Shown here: positions 37,316 to 47,435 of the stretch, piece by piece
Layout of the letters: each line of letters starts with the position of its first letter
Numbering within the stretch: the first letter of the stretch is position 1
Assembly (NCBI GenBank): GCA_050947035.1
Contig: JBMNVW010000005.1
Span: forward strand, 1-63,475
DNA: 63,475 bases
Reading direction: 5' to 3'
Origin: Patescibacteria group bacterium
Lineage (GTDB): Bacteria; Patescibacteriota; Microgenomatia; 0-14-0-10-38-17
Notes under the pieces: generated by a model
What the model saw: only the letters and a program-made list of their open reading frames with translations
What the model was told of the DNA's origin: nothing
The model's database searches: none
Made by a program: the position numbers and the translations under genes

Positions 37316-37999
37316 TTAATTATTTTTAGCTTGCCTAATTTGATAACCAAACCCCCGCACCGTTTTAATTAATTTTTTCTTGAAAGGTTTATCGATTTTC
37401 TTTCGCAAATAGCCAATATAAACCTCAACCGTATTAGGCAAAATATCCGCCTCATAATCCCAAACATGATCAATGATTTGTTGTTTGGAAACAATTTGCC
37501 CTTTTTGAGCCAGTAAATACTTCAATAGGGTGTATTCTTTTTTGGATAACTTAATTTCTTTGCCCGCTCTTTTAACTAAAAACTTATTAGTATCTAGGGT
37601 TAAATCGCCGGCCTCTAAAATCTGGCCGAGGCGATTTTTGGGCCGGCGCGATAAAGCCCTGAGACGAGCCAAAAGCTCAGCAAAAGCAAATGGCTTAACT
37701 AAATAGTCATCGGCCCCAGCATTCAAACCAGCTACTCGATCATCCAGCTCGCCTTTGGCAGTTAGAATTAAAATCGGCGTCTGGACCTTTTCTTCTTGAC
37801 GCAAGCGGCGGCATATTTCTAATCCCGAAATTTCCGGCAACATCAAATCCAAAACAATCACGTCATAATCTTGGCCAACGGCCAAATCAAAACCCGCTTG
37901 TCCATCATAGGCCACATCAACCACATAAGCTTCTTGTAATAAGCCTTTTTTGATAGAGTTGGCAATTTTATGCTCGTCTTCGACCACTAATATTTTCAT
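37316..37999 (-). CDS. OmpR-family response regulator
   Basis: Receiver domain (MKILVVEDE, DVIVLDLMLP, LTAKG) and a winged-helix output domain (EYTLLKYL, VRGFGYQI). Confidence 0.92.
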   Translation of the reverse strand: MKILVVEDEHKIANSIKKGLLQEAYVVDVAYDGQAGFDLAVGQDYDVIVLDLMLPEISGLEICRRLRQEEKVQTPILILTAKGELDDRVAGLNAGADDYLVKPFAFAELLARLRALSRRPKNRLGQILEAGDLTLDTNKFLVKRAGKEIKLSKKEYTLLKYLLAQKGQIVSKQQIIDHVWDYEADILPNTVEVYIGYLRKKIDKPFKKKLIKTVRGFGYQIRQAKNN

Positions 38000-38114
38000 T
38001 TTTCCCTGTTAAGCACAATTATATCAACCTGGCTGAAAAATAGCTGAAAATGTGGTTGTATTTGTCAAAAAAGATTTTTTTGACAAATTACTACCATTAA
38101 ACTATTATCAAATT

Positions 38115-38798
38115 ATGACAGAAACAGAAGGTTCCCCAACTCCACCCCCCACAGAAAAAAATGAAAAAATTACCATTCTTTCTCCTCTGCCTGAACAAAG
38201 AAAAAATGAATTTAGCAAGCGCACTGCTGAATTAACCAATCAAACTGGTAGTTGGACTAATGGTGTTACCGAAACAGTTACTAAAAATTGGGAAACCATT
38301 AACAACAGAGTCGTGCAACCCGCAGCCTCCTTTGAGGAAAAAGGAACCAGGGGACTAGAACAACAAGCCGATCAAGGCAAAAAAGAGGCCACCAAAAAAG
38401 CAGAAAGCATTAAAGAAAATTGGCACAACACTTATAAGAGCCTTGTTCTTAATAATATGGAAAAGCTAGTTGTCCAAGAAAAATTACCTCAACCGGAAGC
38501 TATCGAAATAGGTAATAGAATATTAAATATAATATCGCAAATGAGAACTGAACAAACAAGCACATTTTCCATAACCGATAGCGCCCTTAGGAAAATAAAA
38601 CAAGCAATTTATCAAATAATCAAAAAAACCAACAACCCGGAAATCAACCGCATAGTCGGCGGAAGGGATATGGCTCAGGAAATATCAGTAGAAAAAAGAA
38701 GAAAAGAATCAGATGAGAAAATATATCGTCTCCATAAAGAGTATTTTGGATTAATAAACGAAATAGTTTCTGCCCGTCAACCACTAGACAAGAATTAA
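38115..38798 (+). CDS. Hypothetical protein
   Basis: ATG at 38115 (MTETEGSPTPPP) preferred over the GTG at 38052. Helical and charged, no recognised motif. Confidence 0.5.
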   Translation: MTETEGSPTPPPTEKNEKITILSPLPEQRKNEFSKRTAELTNQTGSWTNGVTETVTKNWETINNRVVQPAASFEEKGTRGLEQQADQGKKEATKKAESIKENWHNTYKSLVLNNMEKLVVQEKLPQPEAIEIGNRILNIISQMRTEQTSTFSITDSALRKIKQAIYQIIKKTNNPEINRIVGGRDMAQEISVEKRRKESDEKIYRLHKEYFGLINEIVSARQPLDKN

Positions 38799-38858
38799 TT
38801 TTGGCCCTCTTTATTAAGGAAATAATTATTTCCTTGAAAAGTTTATTATATCGCCATT

Positions 38859-39536
38859 TTGACTCCTGTTAAAAAACGAACTAAGATTAAGCTAGACGTG
38901 AAGGTTACCATTATCTACGACAACACTACCTACGACAAAAGACTGCAAGCCGATTGGGGCTTTGCTGCCTTAATTGAAATCCCCAACACCCCGACCATTT
39001 TGTTTGATACCGGCGCTAACGGTAAAATTTTACTAGACAACATGGCCAAGCTAGATATTAACCCTAAAAAAATTGAAGAAGTTTTCATCTCTCACCATCA
39101 CTACGATCACGTTGGCGGCTTATCAGAATTTCTCACTGTTAATCCTGATGTTAAAGTCTATGTTCCACCTTCCTTTCATGGTTTAAAAAGTGGTCAAGCA
39201 GTAATAATAAAAAAGGCTCAAAAAATCCATAATAACCTTTTCTCCACTGGTGAATTAGAAAATATCGAACAAGCCCTAGGGATTATCACCAAGAAAGGGA
39301 CAGTTTTAGTCGTCGGCTGTTCTCATCCAAAAATGAATAAAATTTTAAAAGCTGGACGAAAATACGGCACTCTTTACGGCATCATCGGCGGTTTGCATGG
39401 TTTTTCTAATTTTGAATTACTAAAAGAATTAAAATTAATTTGTCCCACTCATTGCACTCAATACCAAAAAGAAATAAAAGAACTTTATCCAAAAGAATAT
39501 CTTCCTGGCGGAACTGGACAAATAATTAAAATTTAA
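38859..39536 (+). CDS. Metallo-beta-lactamase-fold hydrolase
   Basis: HxHxDH motif (SHHHYDHVGG) and a downstream His (GCSHP). TTG start; the GTG at 38898 is an alternative. Confidence 0.75.
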   Translation: MTPVKKRTKIKLDVKVTIIYDNTTYDKRLQADWGFAALIEIPNTPTILFDTGANGKILLDNMAKLDINPKKIEEVFISHHHYDHVGGLSEFLTVNPDVKVYVPPSFHGLKSGQAVIIKKAQKIHNNLFSTGELENIEQALGIITKKGTVLVVGCSHPKMNKILKAGRKYGTLYGIIGGLHGFSNFELLKELKLICPTHCTQYQKEIKELYPKEYLPGGTGQIIKI

Positions 39537-39538
39537 CC

Positions 39539-40540
39539 ATGAAAAGGGCAAGCCTTATTACAATTGCCGTCTTAATTTTTCTATCCGGAGGATTTTGGGG
39601 TTGGCTTATCACCAGCAATCGTCTAACAGAGCCGGGGATTATTGGCCCCGTTGCCAGTCCCACCCCAGCTCCCAAACCCCTACTGGTCTTTACTTTTGAG
39701 GCTTTGGCCCAAAGAGAATATCAAGGCAGTCAAATTGAGATTGGCGAAGATTTAGACAATGAAGACGAGGGCTATACGGCCCAGCTGTTTTCCTTTTATT
39801 CTGACGGCAAGAAAGTTACCGGCCAAATTAATTTCCCCCTAACGGAAAAATCAAACAAGCTACCGGTTATTATTCTTCTTCGTGGTTGGGCTAACCAAGA
39901 AACCTACCGCACCGGTATGGGTACCGAAAAAGCCGCCGCCGTCTTTGCTCAAAATGGTTATATTACCCTGGCCCCAGATTTCTTGGGCTATGGGGGTTCT
40001 GATAATCCGGAAAATGATGTTTGGTGGGAGCGATTCAATAATCCAGTCATTGTTTTAAATTTATTAGCTTCAATTAAAAATTTGCCCCAGACCGACCCGG
40101 AAAGGGTGGGCATTTGGGCCCACAGCAACGGCGGCCAAATTGCCCTATCAGCCTTGGCTATCTCCCGACAAGAAATTCCCACTACTCTTTGGGCACCGGT
40201 AACCAAACCCTTTCCTTACTCAATTCTCTACTTTACTGATACTTTTGAAGACGAAGGTAAGGCTTTGCGAGCCCAAATTTGCCGCCTGGAAAAAGACTAT
40301 AACGTGGCCGATTATTCTTTGACTAATTATCTAGACCAAATTAAGGCCCCTTTGCAAATCCATCAGGGAACCGCCGATAAATCGGTACCCGTATCTTGGA
40401 GTGATGAATTTGCCGAAAAGCTAGAAGAGTTAGAAATTGTCAACAACTATTTTCGCCACTCCGGGGCTGATCATAATCTGGTTGGGGCTTGGAACCAAGC
40501 TATTGAACAAGATTTAGAATTTTTTGAAGAAGAAATATAG
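39539..40540 (+). CDS. Alpha/beta hydrolase (S9 / dienelactone-hydrolase-like), membrane-anchored
   Basis: N-terminal TM helix, nucleophile elbow GIWAHSNGG, and later D/H contexts (GTADKSVP, GADHNL). Confidence 0.7.
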   Translation: MKRASLITIAVLIFLSGGFWGWLITSNRLTEPGIIGPVASPTPAPKPLLVFTFEALAQREYQGSQIEIGEDLDNEDEGYTAQLFSFYSDGKKVTGQINFPLTEKSNKLPVIILLRGWANQETYRTGMGTEKAAAVFAQNGYITLAPDFLGYGGSDNPENDVWWERFNNPVIVLNLLASIKNLPQTDPERVGIWAHSNGGQIALSALAISRQEIPTTLWAPVTKPFPYSILYFTDTFEDEGKALRAQICRLEKDYNVADYSLTNYLDQIKAPLQIHQGTADKSVPVSWSDEFAEKLEELEIVNNYFRHSGADHNLVGAWNQAIEQDLEFFEEEI

Positions 40541-40565
40541 AACCGAAAAATAGGTAAAAAAATAA

Positions 40566-41633
40566 CTAGAGCAGAGAGATAAGTTTTAAAACCATCCTTT
40601 CCGTTTCTTCTCGATGTAAGTAGCCCTCTTGTTCAAGACAGCTATTAAGGGGAATAATAAAGTGATCAATAAGGGTCATGCCACCATCTCGACTAGTTTG
40701 AGTTTTGGTTTCAAATTTGGTTAATGATTGACAAAAAGTTTTTCCGGTCGGCATACAGTTTAGAGTAGTAAGCAAACCGCCGGTAAACAAATGTTCTCTC
40801 ACCTGAAAAGCCTGCAAAAACCGGCCATCAATTGGCAAATCTTCTTTTTTGAAAGCGTCTTTAGGAAACTTTACTCTTTGATCACTACCACCCCCTCCGG
40901 TCATCATTTTATTTTCTCTCTGAGCGGGTTTTTTGGACTCCGGATTTTTCTTAGCTGGAGGAGGATAAAAATATACCGCCGGATAACCACGGAAATCACC
41001 CTTTTTGTAAACAACACCGCTATCGGCAACTTGTCTGACGGCTTGGGCTGAAGCCGCTTTAATCTTTTCTAATGCCTCGGCCATTTTTTCCTCTGAGACC
41101 CCTTGTTTTTGGGCCGCTTCTTTGACGGCCGGATTATTAAAAACATCAACTAAAGTCATATTATCTGCTCCGGGAACCGGGCTATTAGCCAAACCAATAC
41201 TAAACTGGTTAACATAATTTTCCAGCGACTGGGCGGCAGTTTTCTCGTCTTGAAATTTGGCGACATTAATATCGGACCAAAAATCACATTCTTCCGGTTG
41301 TTCTTTATTAATATCTCGTCTTAATTTTTCAATTTTTTCAACACTAAACCCGGGCAAAAACCCCATATTAGCCAAGCCAATCATGGCTTCATAAAAATCC
41401 GTCATGCTGCCTTTTTTGGTGGAAATACCCACGGTGGAAGTGGTCTCAATAACGTTGCCTCGCCGCTCTTCTTTTATAACCCTGTTCGACTGACCATAAA
41501 CGGGGTCAATATTAACTTCTGGGTTTAAATGGCCAATTCGAAAAAGAAGCTGTCTTTTGCCAACCACTCTTTTTATTTCCCGCCACCGAGAAAGATCGGC
41601 AAATTGACTAAGTTGAAGTTTTTCTAAATCCAT
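40566..41633 (-). CDS. Hypothetical protein
   Basis: 355-aa ORF with no recognisable motif. Confidence 0.5.
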   Translation of the reverse strand: MDLEKLQLSQFADLSRWREIKRVVGKRQLLFRIGHLNPEVNIDPVYGQSNRVIKEERRGNVIETTSTVGISTKKGSMTDFYEAMIGLANMGFLPGFSVEKIEKLRRDINKEQPEECDFWSDINVAKFQDEKTAAQSLENYVNQFSIGLANSPVPGADNMTLVDVFNNPAVKEAAQKQGVSEEKMAEALEKIKAASAQAVRQVADSGVVYKKGDFRGYPAVYFYPPPAKKNPESKKPAQRENKMMTGGGGSDQRVKFPKDAFKKEDLPIDGRFLQAFQVREHLFTGGLLTTLNCMPTGKTFCQSLTKFETKTQTSRDGGMTLIDHFIIPLNSCLEQEGYLHREETERMVLKLISLL

Positions 41634-41645
41634 AAAGAAGAAACT

Positions 41646-41735
41646 CTACCTAAACCAGAAAAAAACCTCCAAGCCCACTAAAATAATTGTCACTAGACTA
41701 GCTCCGATAATAATTAACAAGTCTTTCTTTGTCAT
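41646..41735 (-). CDS. Possible 29-aa single-TM mini-protein
   Basis: MTKKDLLIIIGASLVTIILVGLEVFFWFR. Its ATG directly abuts the upstream stop (TAAATG). Below the ORF-track size cutoff. Confidence 0.3.
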   Translation of the reverse strand: MTKKDLLIIIGASLVTIILVGLEVFFWFR

Positions 41736-42428
41736 TTATTCTAAAACAAACATCCCCGGCAGAGTTCTAACCAAAAACTCTTCTCCTTTTTTTACTACCT
41801 CAATAACAAACTCTGTTTCATTAATAAACTGACCACCAACATGGCTGCTATTAACATAAACCTGGCCGTCTTCTTCCAAATAATTAACCCGAAATAAAAA
41901 AACATCTTCTCCGGAGACCGGTTCCTTAACACTTAAAATTCTTATCTTTGTCTTAGCCCCCTCCTGGGAACAAATTTCTTCTAAAATAGCAACCCGATCG
42001 TTTAGTCCGGAAGTTATCCCAAAAACGCTTTCCAACAAATCCTCGTTAACATATTGCCAATCAACCAATTTTACCGCCTCCTCATAGTCCTGAGAATCAA
42101 GATGGAAATAAAAATCGCCCAGGGCCTTGGCCGCCCTTTGGGTATCAGCACTCATATTTTTTGTTTCCAAAATTTTAGTTTCCGGTTCAGACTCTTCTTC
42201 AACCTCAACTTTTGAAGAAGAATTGCCTTTGGCAACTTCAGTAGTTGGAGCAGGGGAGAGGGTTATTTCTTCCAAAAAAGTTTCCTTAACGGAACCTTTG
42301 GCTTGCTTTTTGCCAAGAAGAAAATAAGTGCCAAAACCAGAAAAAATAGCACTAATAACAATCACCAAAATAGCCAAAAAAATAATTTCGCCCTTTTCTT
42401 TAAACATTAGGATAATTCTTGACCACAT
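41736..42428 (-). CDS. Hypothetical membrane-anchored protein
   Basis: 230 aa with one N-terminal TM helix. Overlaps the upstream gene by 22 nt. Confidence 0.5.
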   Translation of the reverse strand: MWSRIILMFKEKGEIIFLAILVIVISAIFSGFGTYFLLGKKQAKGSVKETFLEEITLSPAPTTEVAKGNSSSKVEVEEESEPETKILETKNMSADTQRAAKALGDFYFHLDSQDYEEAVKLVDWQYVNEDLLESVFGITSGLNDRVAILEEICSQEGAKTKIRILSVKEPVSGEDVFLFRVNYLEEDGQVYVNSSHVGGQFINETEFVIEVVKKGEEFLVRTLPGMFVLE

Positions 42429-43537
42429 TTAGAACAAAACTTGCTCTCGGGGTTATTTTTAGTCCCGCAAGCAGAGCAATAAACCGCTTCTTCTTTGGTT
42501 TTTGGTTCTTCTTTTAGCGGCTCCTTCTTCCCATCATCTGGTTGTTTCTCTTTATCCTTTCTAGTTAGCAAAAATATGGTTACCCCAATAATCACCAAAA
42601 CAGTAATCAAAATTAAAACCACTAAACCCCCAATCTTGCCCAAAAAGGGTTTGACCGGCAAAAACCCCTCATCATTATCATCAGTGTTGGCCGTTGCTGT
42701 CTTGCCCTCATCGGGTAGATCACTGCTAAGGCTTAACTGATATTGGCTAGCCCCAGATTGATCGGCGTTATAATCGCCAACCGCCACCGCAACATAAAAG
42801 GGGCCGTTTTTTTCCGCCTTAATCGAGGTTTCTGCCGCCACACCCGAGCCCTGAGGGTTATCACTGGCTACCTCGTCCCCATTATCATCATAAATTACCA
42901 AATCTAAATATAAGCCTCGAGGCGGCGTGGCTTTAACAGTTAAATTTTGCCCTCGACTAAGATTAACTTGATAAAAATCTTCCCCGTCTTGGGCATCATA
43001 ATTAAAGTCAAGAAAGCCAGTATGTTGGCCTAATTCAACCGGCAAAGCACTATTAAGCGTATTACCGGCATCAGTTTGGCTTTTGGCATCAAAGCGGTCA
43101 ACCACCTCAATACTGACTAAATCAAGGGTGGCCTTATTAATCGCCTGATTCTTAATTTGTAAATAATATTTTTGCTCTTCCTGGGAACCGTTAGGCCAAT
43201 AAAAAGAAAGATCATCATTAGGACCCAAATACTCTTTATAGGTTAGAACCTGATAATCTTGATCGTAAAAATATATGCCAAGATTGGTTTCACCGCTAAA
43301 TAAAACTTTAGCCCTAATTTCCTGGCCGGGTAAAACTTCTTCATCAATAAGATAAAAAACACTCTCTCCATCAGGCAGGGAATAATTACCATATTCGCCA
43401 AGAGAGAGGGGAGTGGCGGCTACTATGGCTTCACCACCAGCAGGAAGAGTGTTTTGGGCAAAAGATTGGCAGGGAAAAACGGAAAATAGCAAGCTAAATA
43501 GGAAAAAAAAGCAAAACAAGCGCCCTTTCTTTATCAT
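42407..43537 (-). CDS. Secreted protein with PPC-like beta-sandwich repeats, a TM helix and a cytoplasmic zinc ribbon
   Basis: Signal peptide, two pre-peptidase-C-terminal-like modules (..DGESVFYLIDEEVLPGQEI.., ..GEDFYQVNLSRGQNLTV..LDLVIYDDNG), a TM segment, a Lys/Glu tail and YCSACGTKNNPESKFCSKCG. Confidence 0.55.
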   Translation of the reverse strand: MIKKGRLFCFFFLFSLLFSVFPCQSFAQNTLPAGGEAIVAATPLSLGEYGNYSLPDGESVFYLIDEEVLPGQEIRAKVLFSGETNLGIYFYDQDYQVLTYKEYLGPNDDLSFYWPNGSQEEQKYYLQIKNQAINKATLDLVSIEVVDRFDAKSQTDAGNTLNSALPVELGQHTGFLDFNYDAQDGEDFYQVNLSRGQNLTVKATPPRGLYLDLVIYDDNGDEVASDNPQGSGVAAETSIKAEKNGPFYVAVAVGDYNADQSGASQYQLSLSSDLPDEGKTATANTDDNDEGFLPVKPFLGKIGGLVVLILITVLVIIGVTIFLLTRKDKEKQPDDGKKEPLKEEPKTKEEAVYCSACGTKNNPESKFCSKCGQELS

Positions 43538-43702
43538 GTTAATTCCAACTTAGACCATTAATTCTCTTCTGTCAAGAACCAACCTTGGCCTATATCTAAA
43601 TATCTAAAATAGCCTGGTAAAAATTTTTATTCGAGGCGCGGAGAAAAATTAACTAGCCAACTCCTCGCTTCAGTATGAAAATCCTCTCCTTTTGGCATAT
43701 CA

Positions 43703-43718
43703 ATAGATCCTGGATCTA
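43703..43718. repeat. Palindrome ATAGATCC-T-GGATCTA (copy of the 20561 core)
   Basis: 16 of 16 nt are identical to 20562-20577. Confidence 0.5.
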
Positions 43719-43770
43719 CCAAGTAATTAAAGCTAGTTTTCCTATAGTTTTGAATCTTTAAAAGGACCTT

Positions 43771-43967
43771 GTCAACCTTGGCTGTCTTAACTTTGGCCTG
43801 GGACAATATTTAGTTATCGAGGATAATAATTTAAAATTTTACGATTTAGATTATTAGTTCAAAAAAGAGAGGATTTCTCGCTTAAATACTTTACCGTATT
43901 TAAATAGTTGGGCATAAATTATTTTTACAAAATTTTTCACAATTTTAAAAAGGAGAGTCCTTAAAAA
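43771..43967 (+). repeat. Module copy A: last ~90 nt of a metallophosphoesterase gene plus ~110 nt of downstream sequence
   Basis: Aligns with 54544-54740. The gene fragment still reads in frame as VNLGCLNFGLGQYLVIEDNNLKFYDLDY*. The block TTAAATACTTTACCGTATTTAAATAGTTGGGCATAAATTA is identical in all three copies. Confidence 0.85.
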
Positions 43968-44153
43968 TATGGGCTAGTGGAAGATAAACGCTATTGTCTT
44001 GGCCCACAAAGACGAGATAAACACGTCACCCTTTTTAGGCTTTGGTAATGTATCCGACGTTTTTATTAAACTTATAATTTTATAATGACTTTGTTCCCCC
44101 CAAGAAAATTCAAGACACCCCTAATTTGCTAAAATAAACCCAATAACCAAACC

Positions 44154-44957
44154 ATGAGGCCAAAAAGAAAAAGTAAATTTTCTCTCTTTTGCTGGAATAT
44201 TGGCAACCCTTCAGAGGAAAGGGCCAAAAGACAGGCGATCTGGCTTGATAAACGCCCAGAGCATGTCTTCGTCTTAACGGAAACAAAAAATAGTAGTGGT
44301 TGTTTATTCATCGAAAAATACTTCCAAGAAAGAAATTATGATGTTTTCTTTCCTAAACCCAAAAACAATGAATATGGCACTATGATCATCAGCAAATATT
44401 CATTAAAAACCAGTAATTTCTCAAATAAAATTACTTATCTTCGCTCTCGGATAGCCTCTGTTAAACTAGAGCTCTCAACAGGATTACTAGAAATAATTGG
44501 GGTTTACGTTCCTTCTCGTAATTCAGAACCCAAAAAAGTGATTAAGAAAAAACGTTTTTTAGAAAACCTTATTGGGACTCTTAAAAAAAAGCCCACTTCT
44601 TCAAAAACCATCTTTTGCGGAGATTTAAATATTCTAGAACCCAATCATATTCCCCGCTACTCCTTTTTTCAAAAATGGGAATACGGCTTTTACCAAAATT
44701 TAACAGACAATAAACTCACAGACGCTTTTCGCCATCTAAGCCCCAGGGCTAAAGAGTATAGCTGGATTGGCCGCACCGGAGATGGGTATCGCTATGATCA
44801 CTGTTTTGCCTCAAAAGATCTCTTATCCTCATTGCACGAAAGTTACTACCTTTCCCAACCAAGGAAAATGAAATTAAGCGACCATTCCGCTTTAGTTACG
44901 ACATTTAATCTTAAACCCCTTAACCTAAAACCAAAAACAAACCCAATGCTATTCTAA
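44154..44957 (+). CDS. Endonuclease/exonuclease/phosphatase (EEP) family protein, exonuclease-III-like
   Basis: 267 aa with FCWNIG, VFVLTETK, GDLNI and LSDHSAL motifs. Confidence 0.8.
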   Translation: MRPKRKSKFSLFCWNIGNPSEERAKRQAIWLDKRPEHVFVLTETKNSSGCLFIEKYFQERNYDVFFPKPKNNEYGTMIISKYSLKTSNFSNKITYLRSRIASVKLELSTGLLEIIGVYVPSRNSEPKKVIKKKRFLENLIGTLKKKPTSSKTIFCGDLNILEPNHIPRYSFFQKWEYGFYQNLTDNKLTDAFRHLSPRAKEYSWIGRTGDGYRYDHCFASKDLLSSLHESYYLSQPRKMKLSDHSALVTTFNLKPLNLKPKTNPMLF

Positions 44958-44986
44958 ATCAACCCCAACCCGCATAGCGCTGCCCC

Positions 44987-45006
44987 TAAATACTGTAGTG
45001 TATTTA
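44987..45006. repeat. Fourth TAAATAC-N6-GTATTTA palindrome
   Basis: TAAATAC-TGTAGT-GTATTTA, 30 nt after the EEP stop. It has the same arms as the palindrome inside module copies A, B and C. Confidence 0.6.
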
Positions 45007-45287
45007 AATCATTGAAGTTCAAACTATTTTCCTTAGGTTCCCAAGAAACAAACATAATTCTATCCCAGGCGAAAATAAAAACAAAAAATGGATTAAGAGA
45101 AGAAAACTCTTAATGCTGGCGGTCAGCCCTTGAGGTGGTCTTTACAGTTGATCAGAGAATCCTTGAAAAAAATCCTTTGAAAATAACCCTTGAAAATGCC
45201 TCTCAGGTGGAAAAAAACCAAGAAGAAAAAAGTTTTCTTCATTAATTAGGATTATGGCGGATCTGTTGGATAAGGAGATTTACTTTC

Positions 45288-46072
45288 CTATCTACTATTG
45301 TCAAATCTTCCCTTCTCGACTACATGAGTAGGGCCATCTACATAAACCTTAGCAGCAATTTGCTCCAATTTACTTACACTCCAAGAGACTATCGGTAGAG
45401 ATTTTCCTCCGGTAGCCTCTAATATATAAACCCCTTGTTCATTGCGAGAAAGAGAAAATCAAAGTCGTTCATATTGACAACCACCATAGGTATAGGGAAA
45501 ACCATCCCCCTCCTTATAATCCCAAACCAAAGCGGTGTAGCACTTAATCATTTCCATACTATCTTCTCCTCTAGCAGATATATCTCGAAAACATTGCTGT
45601 AAAAAATCTAGTTTTTCTTGTTCTTGACGGCTACGGGAATATTTATCTTGTGGATTTACCGGCCTAGACATAAGCTCGAGATCAAGACCAGAAAAAGCGT
45701 AGACCTCTCCCGTTAGTGATGACCACGACCCAACTTGAACCTCTGAAATCACACCTAGCTTCGCTGGAGTAGGATCAATTCGCTTCTCCCGTTTTTTACG
45801 ACCAAAAAGGGTGGTAACAGTACTGCGTTCAGGAGTGCAATAATAAAGATCCATATCCTCTCTTAAATCCTCTAGAACACCAATTGCGCCAGATTCACTC
45901 AATTTTTGAACAAAAGGTAAGGCATAATTTCGAGCAATTTCTTCATGCCTTATATATACCGCATATATACCGCGTCTATACTTTCGGTTAATTTTCTCTC
46001 TTGTTCTATCTCCCAATTAAGAGCCTCTTGTTTTGCCCGCCTTCGTCTTTCAATCTCCTTTTTAATTCCCAT
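45288..46072 (-). pseudogene. Disrupted hypothetical gene: 11-bp tandem duplication (frameshift) plus in-frame TGA
   Basis: ATG at 46072 opens MGIKKEIERRRRAKQEALNWEIEQERKLTESIDAVY.., and ATATATACCGC is duplicated in tandem at 45952-45973. Removing one unit fuses this frame to track ORF 45459..46016. After the TGA at 45459-45461, 56 more codons stay open (FSLSRNEQGVYILEATGGKS ..) up to the TAG at 45288. Confidence 0.55.
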
Positions 46073-46261
46073 TTGAGCCTATAATATCACCTTCGCACTC
46101 TTGACGCAAGGCCCAATATAAACCCAGCTATCCAGCTATAGTAAGCCCTTTTCCTTTAAAAAATCAAAAGAGGGAATTGTTCTTAATAAATTTTATAAAA
46201 ATCCTCGAGACAAAAAGACAATCCCATCTCTCAAATGAGAACAGTCAAATTATTATGCCAT

Positions 46262-46306
46262 AAAAAAACCTCGCCCAGGCCAGCTAAATAGCTAGCCTGG
46301 ACGAGG
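46262..46306 (-). terminator. Rho-independent terminator after the S66 peptidase gene
   Basis: On the minus strand, CCTCGTCCAGGCTAGCT-ATT-TAGCTGGCCTGGGCGAGG is followed by TTTTTTT. Confidence 0.8.
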
Positions 46307-46409
46307 TGATGATATTTATATTTTACTGCATTAACACCGGTGTCGATAAAAAAACACAATCTTGATTATCATGAAGAACTAATAAAATTAAAAAAATTAT
46401 TAAAAAACT

Positions 46410-47396
46410 TTAGTGCTTAATTATTTTTATCTGACAGTTTTTCCCGCTGACAATCCTCGCCGTTCCACCAAGGGGTAAGGTAACCTTCGGCGTTGTGTGC
46501 CCAAAATCAACATTAGCAATAACTGGAATATTACCAATTACCCCCTTATTTCTCTTGATTATTTTTTCTAACAATTTTACACTGATATCACTCCTTATTT
46601 GGAATCTACCAAAAACCATCCCCACACAGCTTGCAAAGCCCTTATTTAAACACAAAGAAATTATATTTCTATTTAAATGATCTATTTCATACTCGTCATC
46701 GTCTTCAATAAATAAAACATATTTTTCTTCTCCTACCGGCCAGTATTCTGTCCCCCGAAGAAGCTGTAAGGTTGAGATATTACCACCTATTATTACCCCC
46801 TCAGCTTCTCCTTCTTGAATTGACAAGTATCCTTTATTTTTAAAAAAATGCCTGTCATTCTGGTTTTTCCCCCATTTTTCATCGCTCCATAAGCTAGATT
46901 CTCGCAAATCATAATTATTTTCCTGAAAGAGACATTTCTTAAAATATTCCATAGTATAACTAAAACCTCTTAACTCGCCAAAATCAAAGTAATGGGGACC
47001 ATAATATGTAACCAAGCCACTCTTAGTATAAATACCACTTAAAAGTGCGGTTATATCTGAATATCCACAAATAATTTTGGGATTACTTTTAATAACTTCA
47101 TAATCTAAATAGGGAAGTATCTCGATAGAGTTATAACCCCCGATAGCTGTAATAATCGCCTTAACGTTTTTGTCTCTGAAGGCTTCATGTAAATCTTTAA
47201 CTCTTTTTTCAATCGAAGACGAAGATAAATAGTCTATAGCCATCACGTTAGAAGCAAAAGTGAGCCTTAGACCTAATTCTTCAAATCTTCTATTGGCAAC
47301 CGCTTTTAATTCTTCAGTAAGCCAAGGCAAGGCCAAGCTTCTGGCTGGTGCGATAACTCTAACTTCATCGCCAAACTTAAGTTTAGGGGGGATCAT
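46410..47396 (-). CDS. S66 serine peptidase (LD-carboxypeptidase / MccF-like), copy 1
   Basis: 328 aa with VRVIAPA, the nucleophile context CGYSDITAL, the acidic FIEDDDE and His in DFGHTTP. Confidence 0.85.
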   Translation of the reverse strand: MIPPKLKFGDEVRVIAPARSLALPWLTEELKAVANRRFEELGLRLTFASNVMAIDYLSSSSIEKRVKDLHEAFRDKNVKAIITAIGGYNSIEILPYLDYEVIKSNPKIICGYSDITALLSGIYTKSGLVTYYGPHYFDFGELRGFSYTMEYFKKCLFQENNYDLRESSLWSDEKWGKNQNDRHFFKNKGYLSIQEGEAEGVIIGGNISTLQLLRGTEYWPVGEEKYVLFIEDDDEYEIDHLNRNIISLCLNKGFASCVGMVFGRFQIRSDISVKLLEKIIKRNKGVIGNIPVIANVDFGHTTPKVTLPLGGTARIVSGKNCQIKIIKH

Positions 47397-47435
47397 GTTT
47401 TCTCGTTATTTACTGCTTGATATAAATATACTTCA

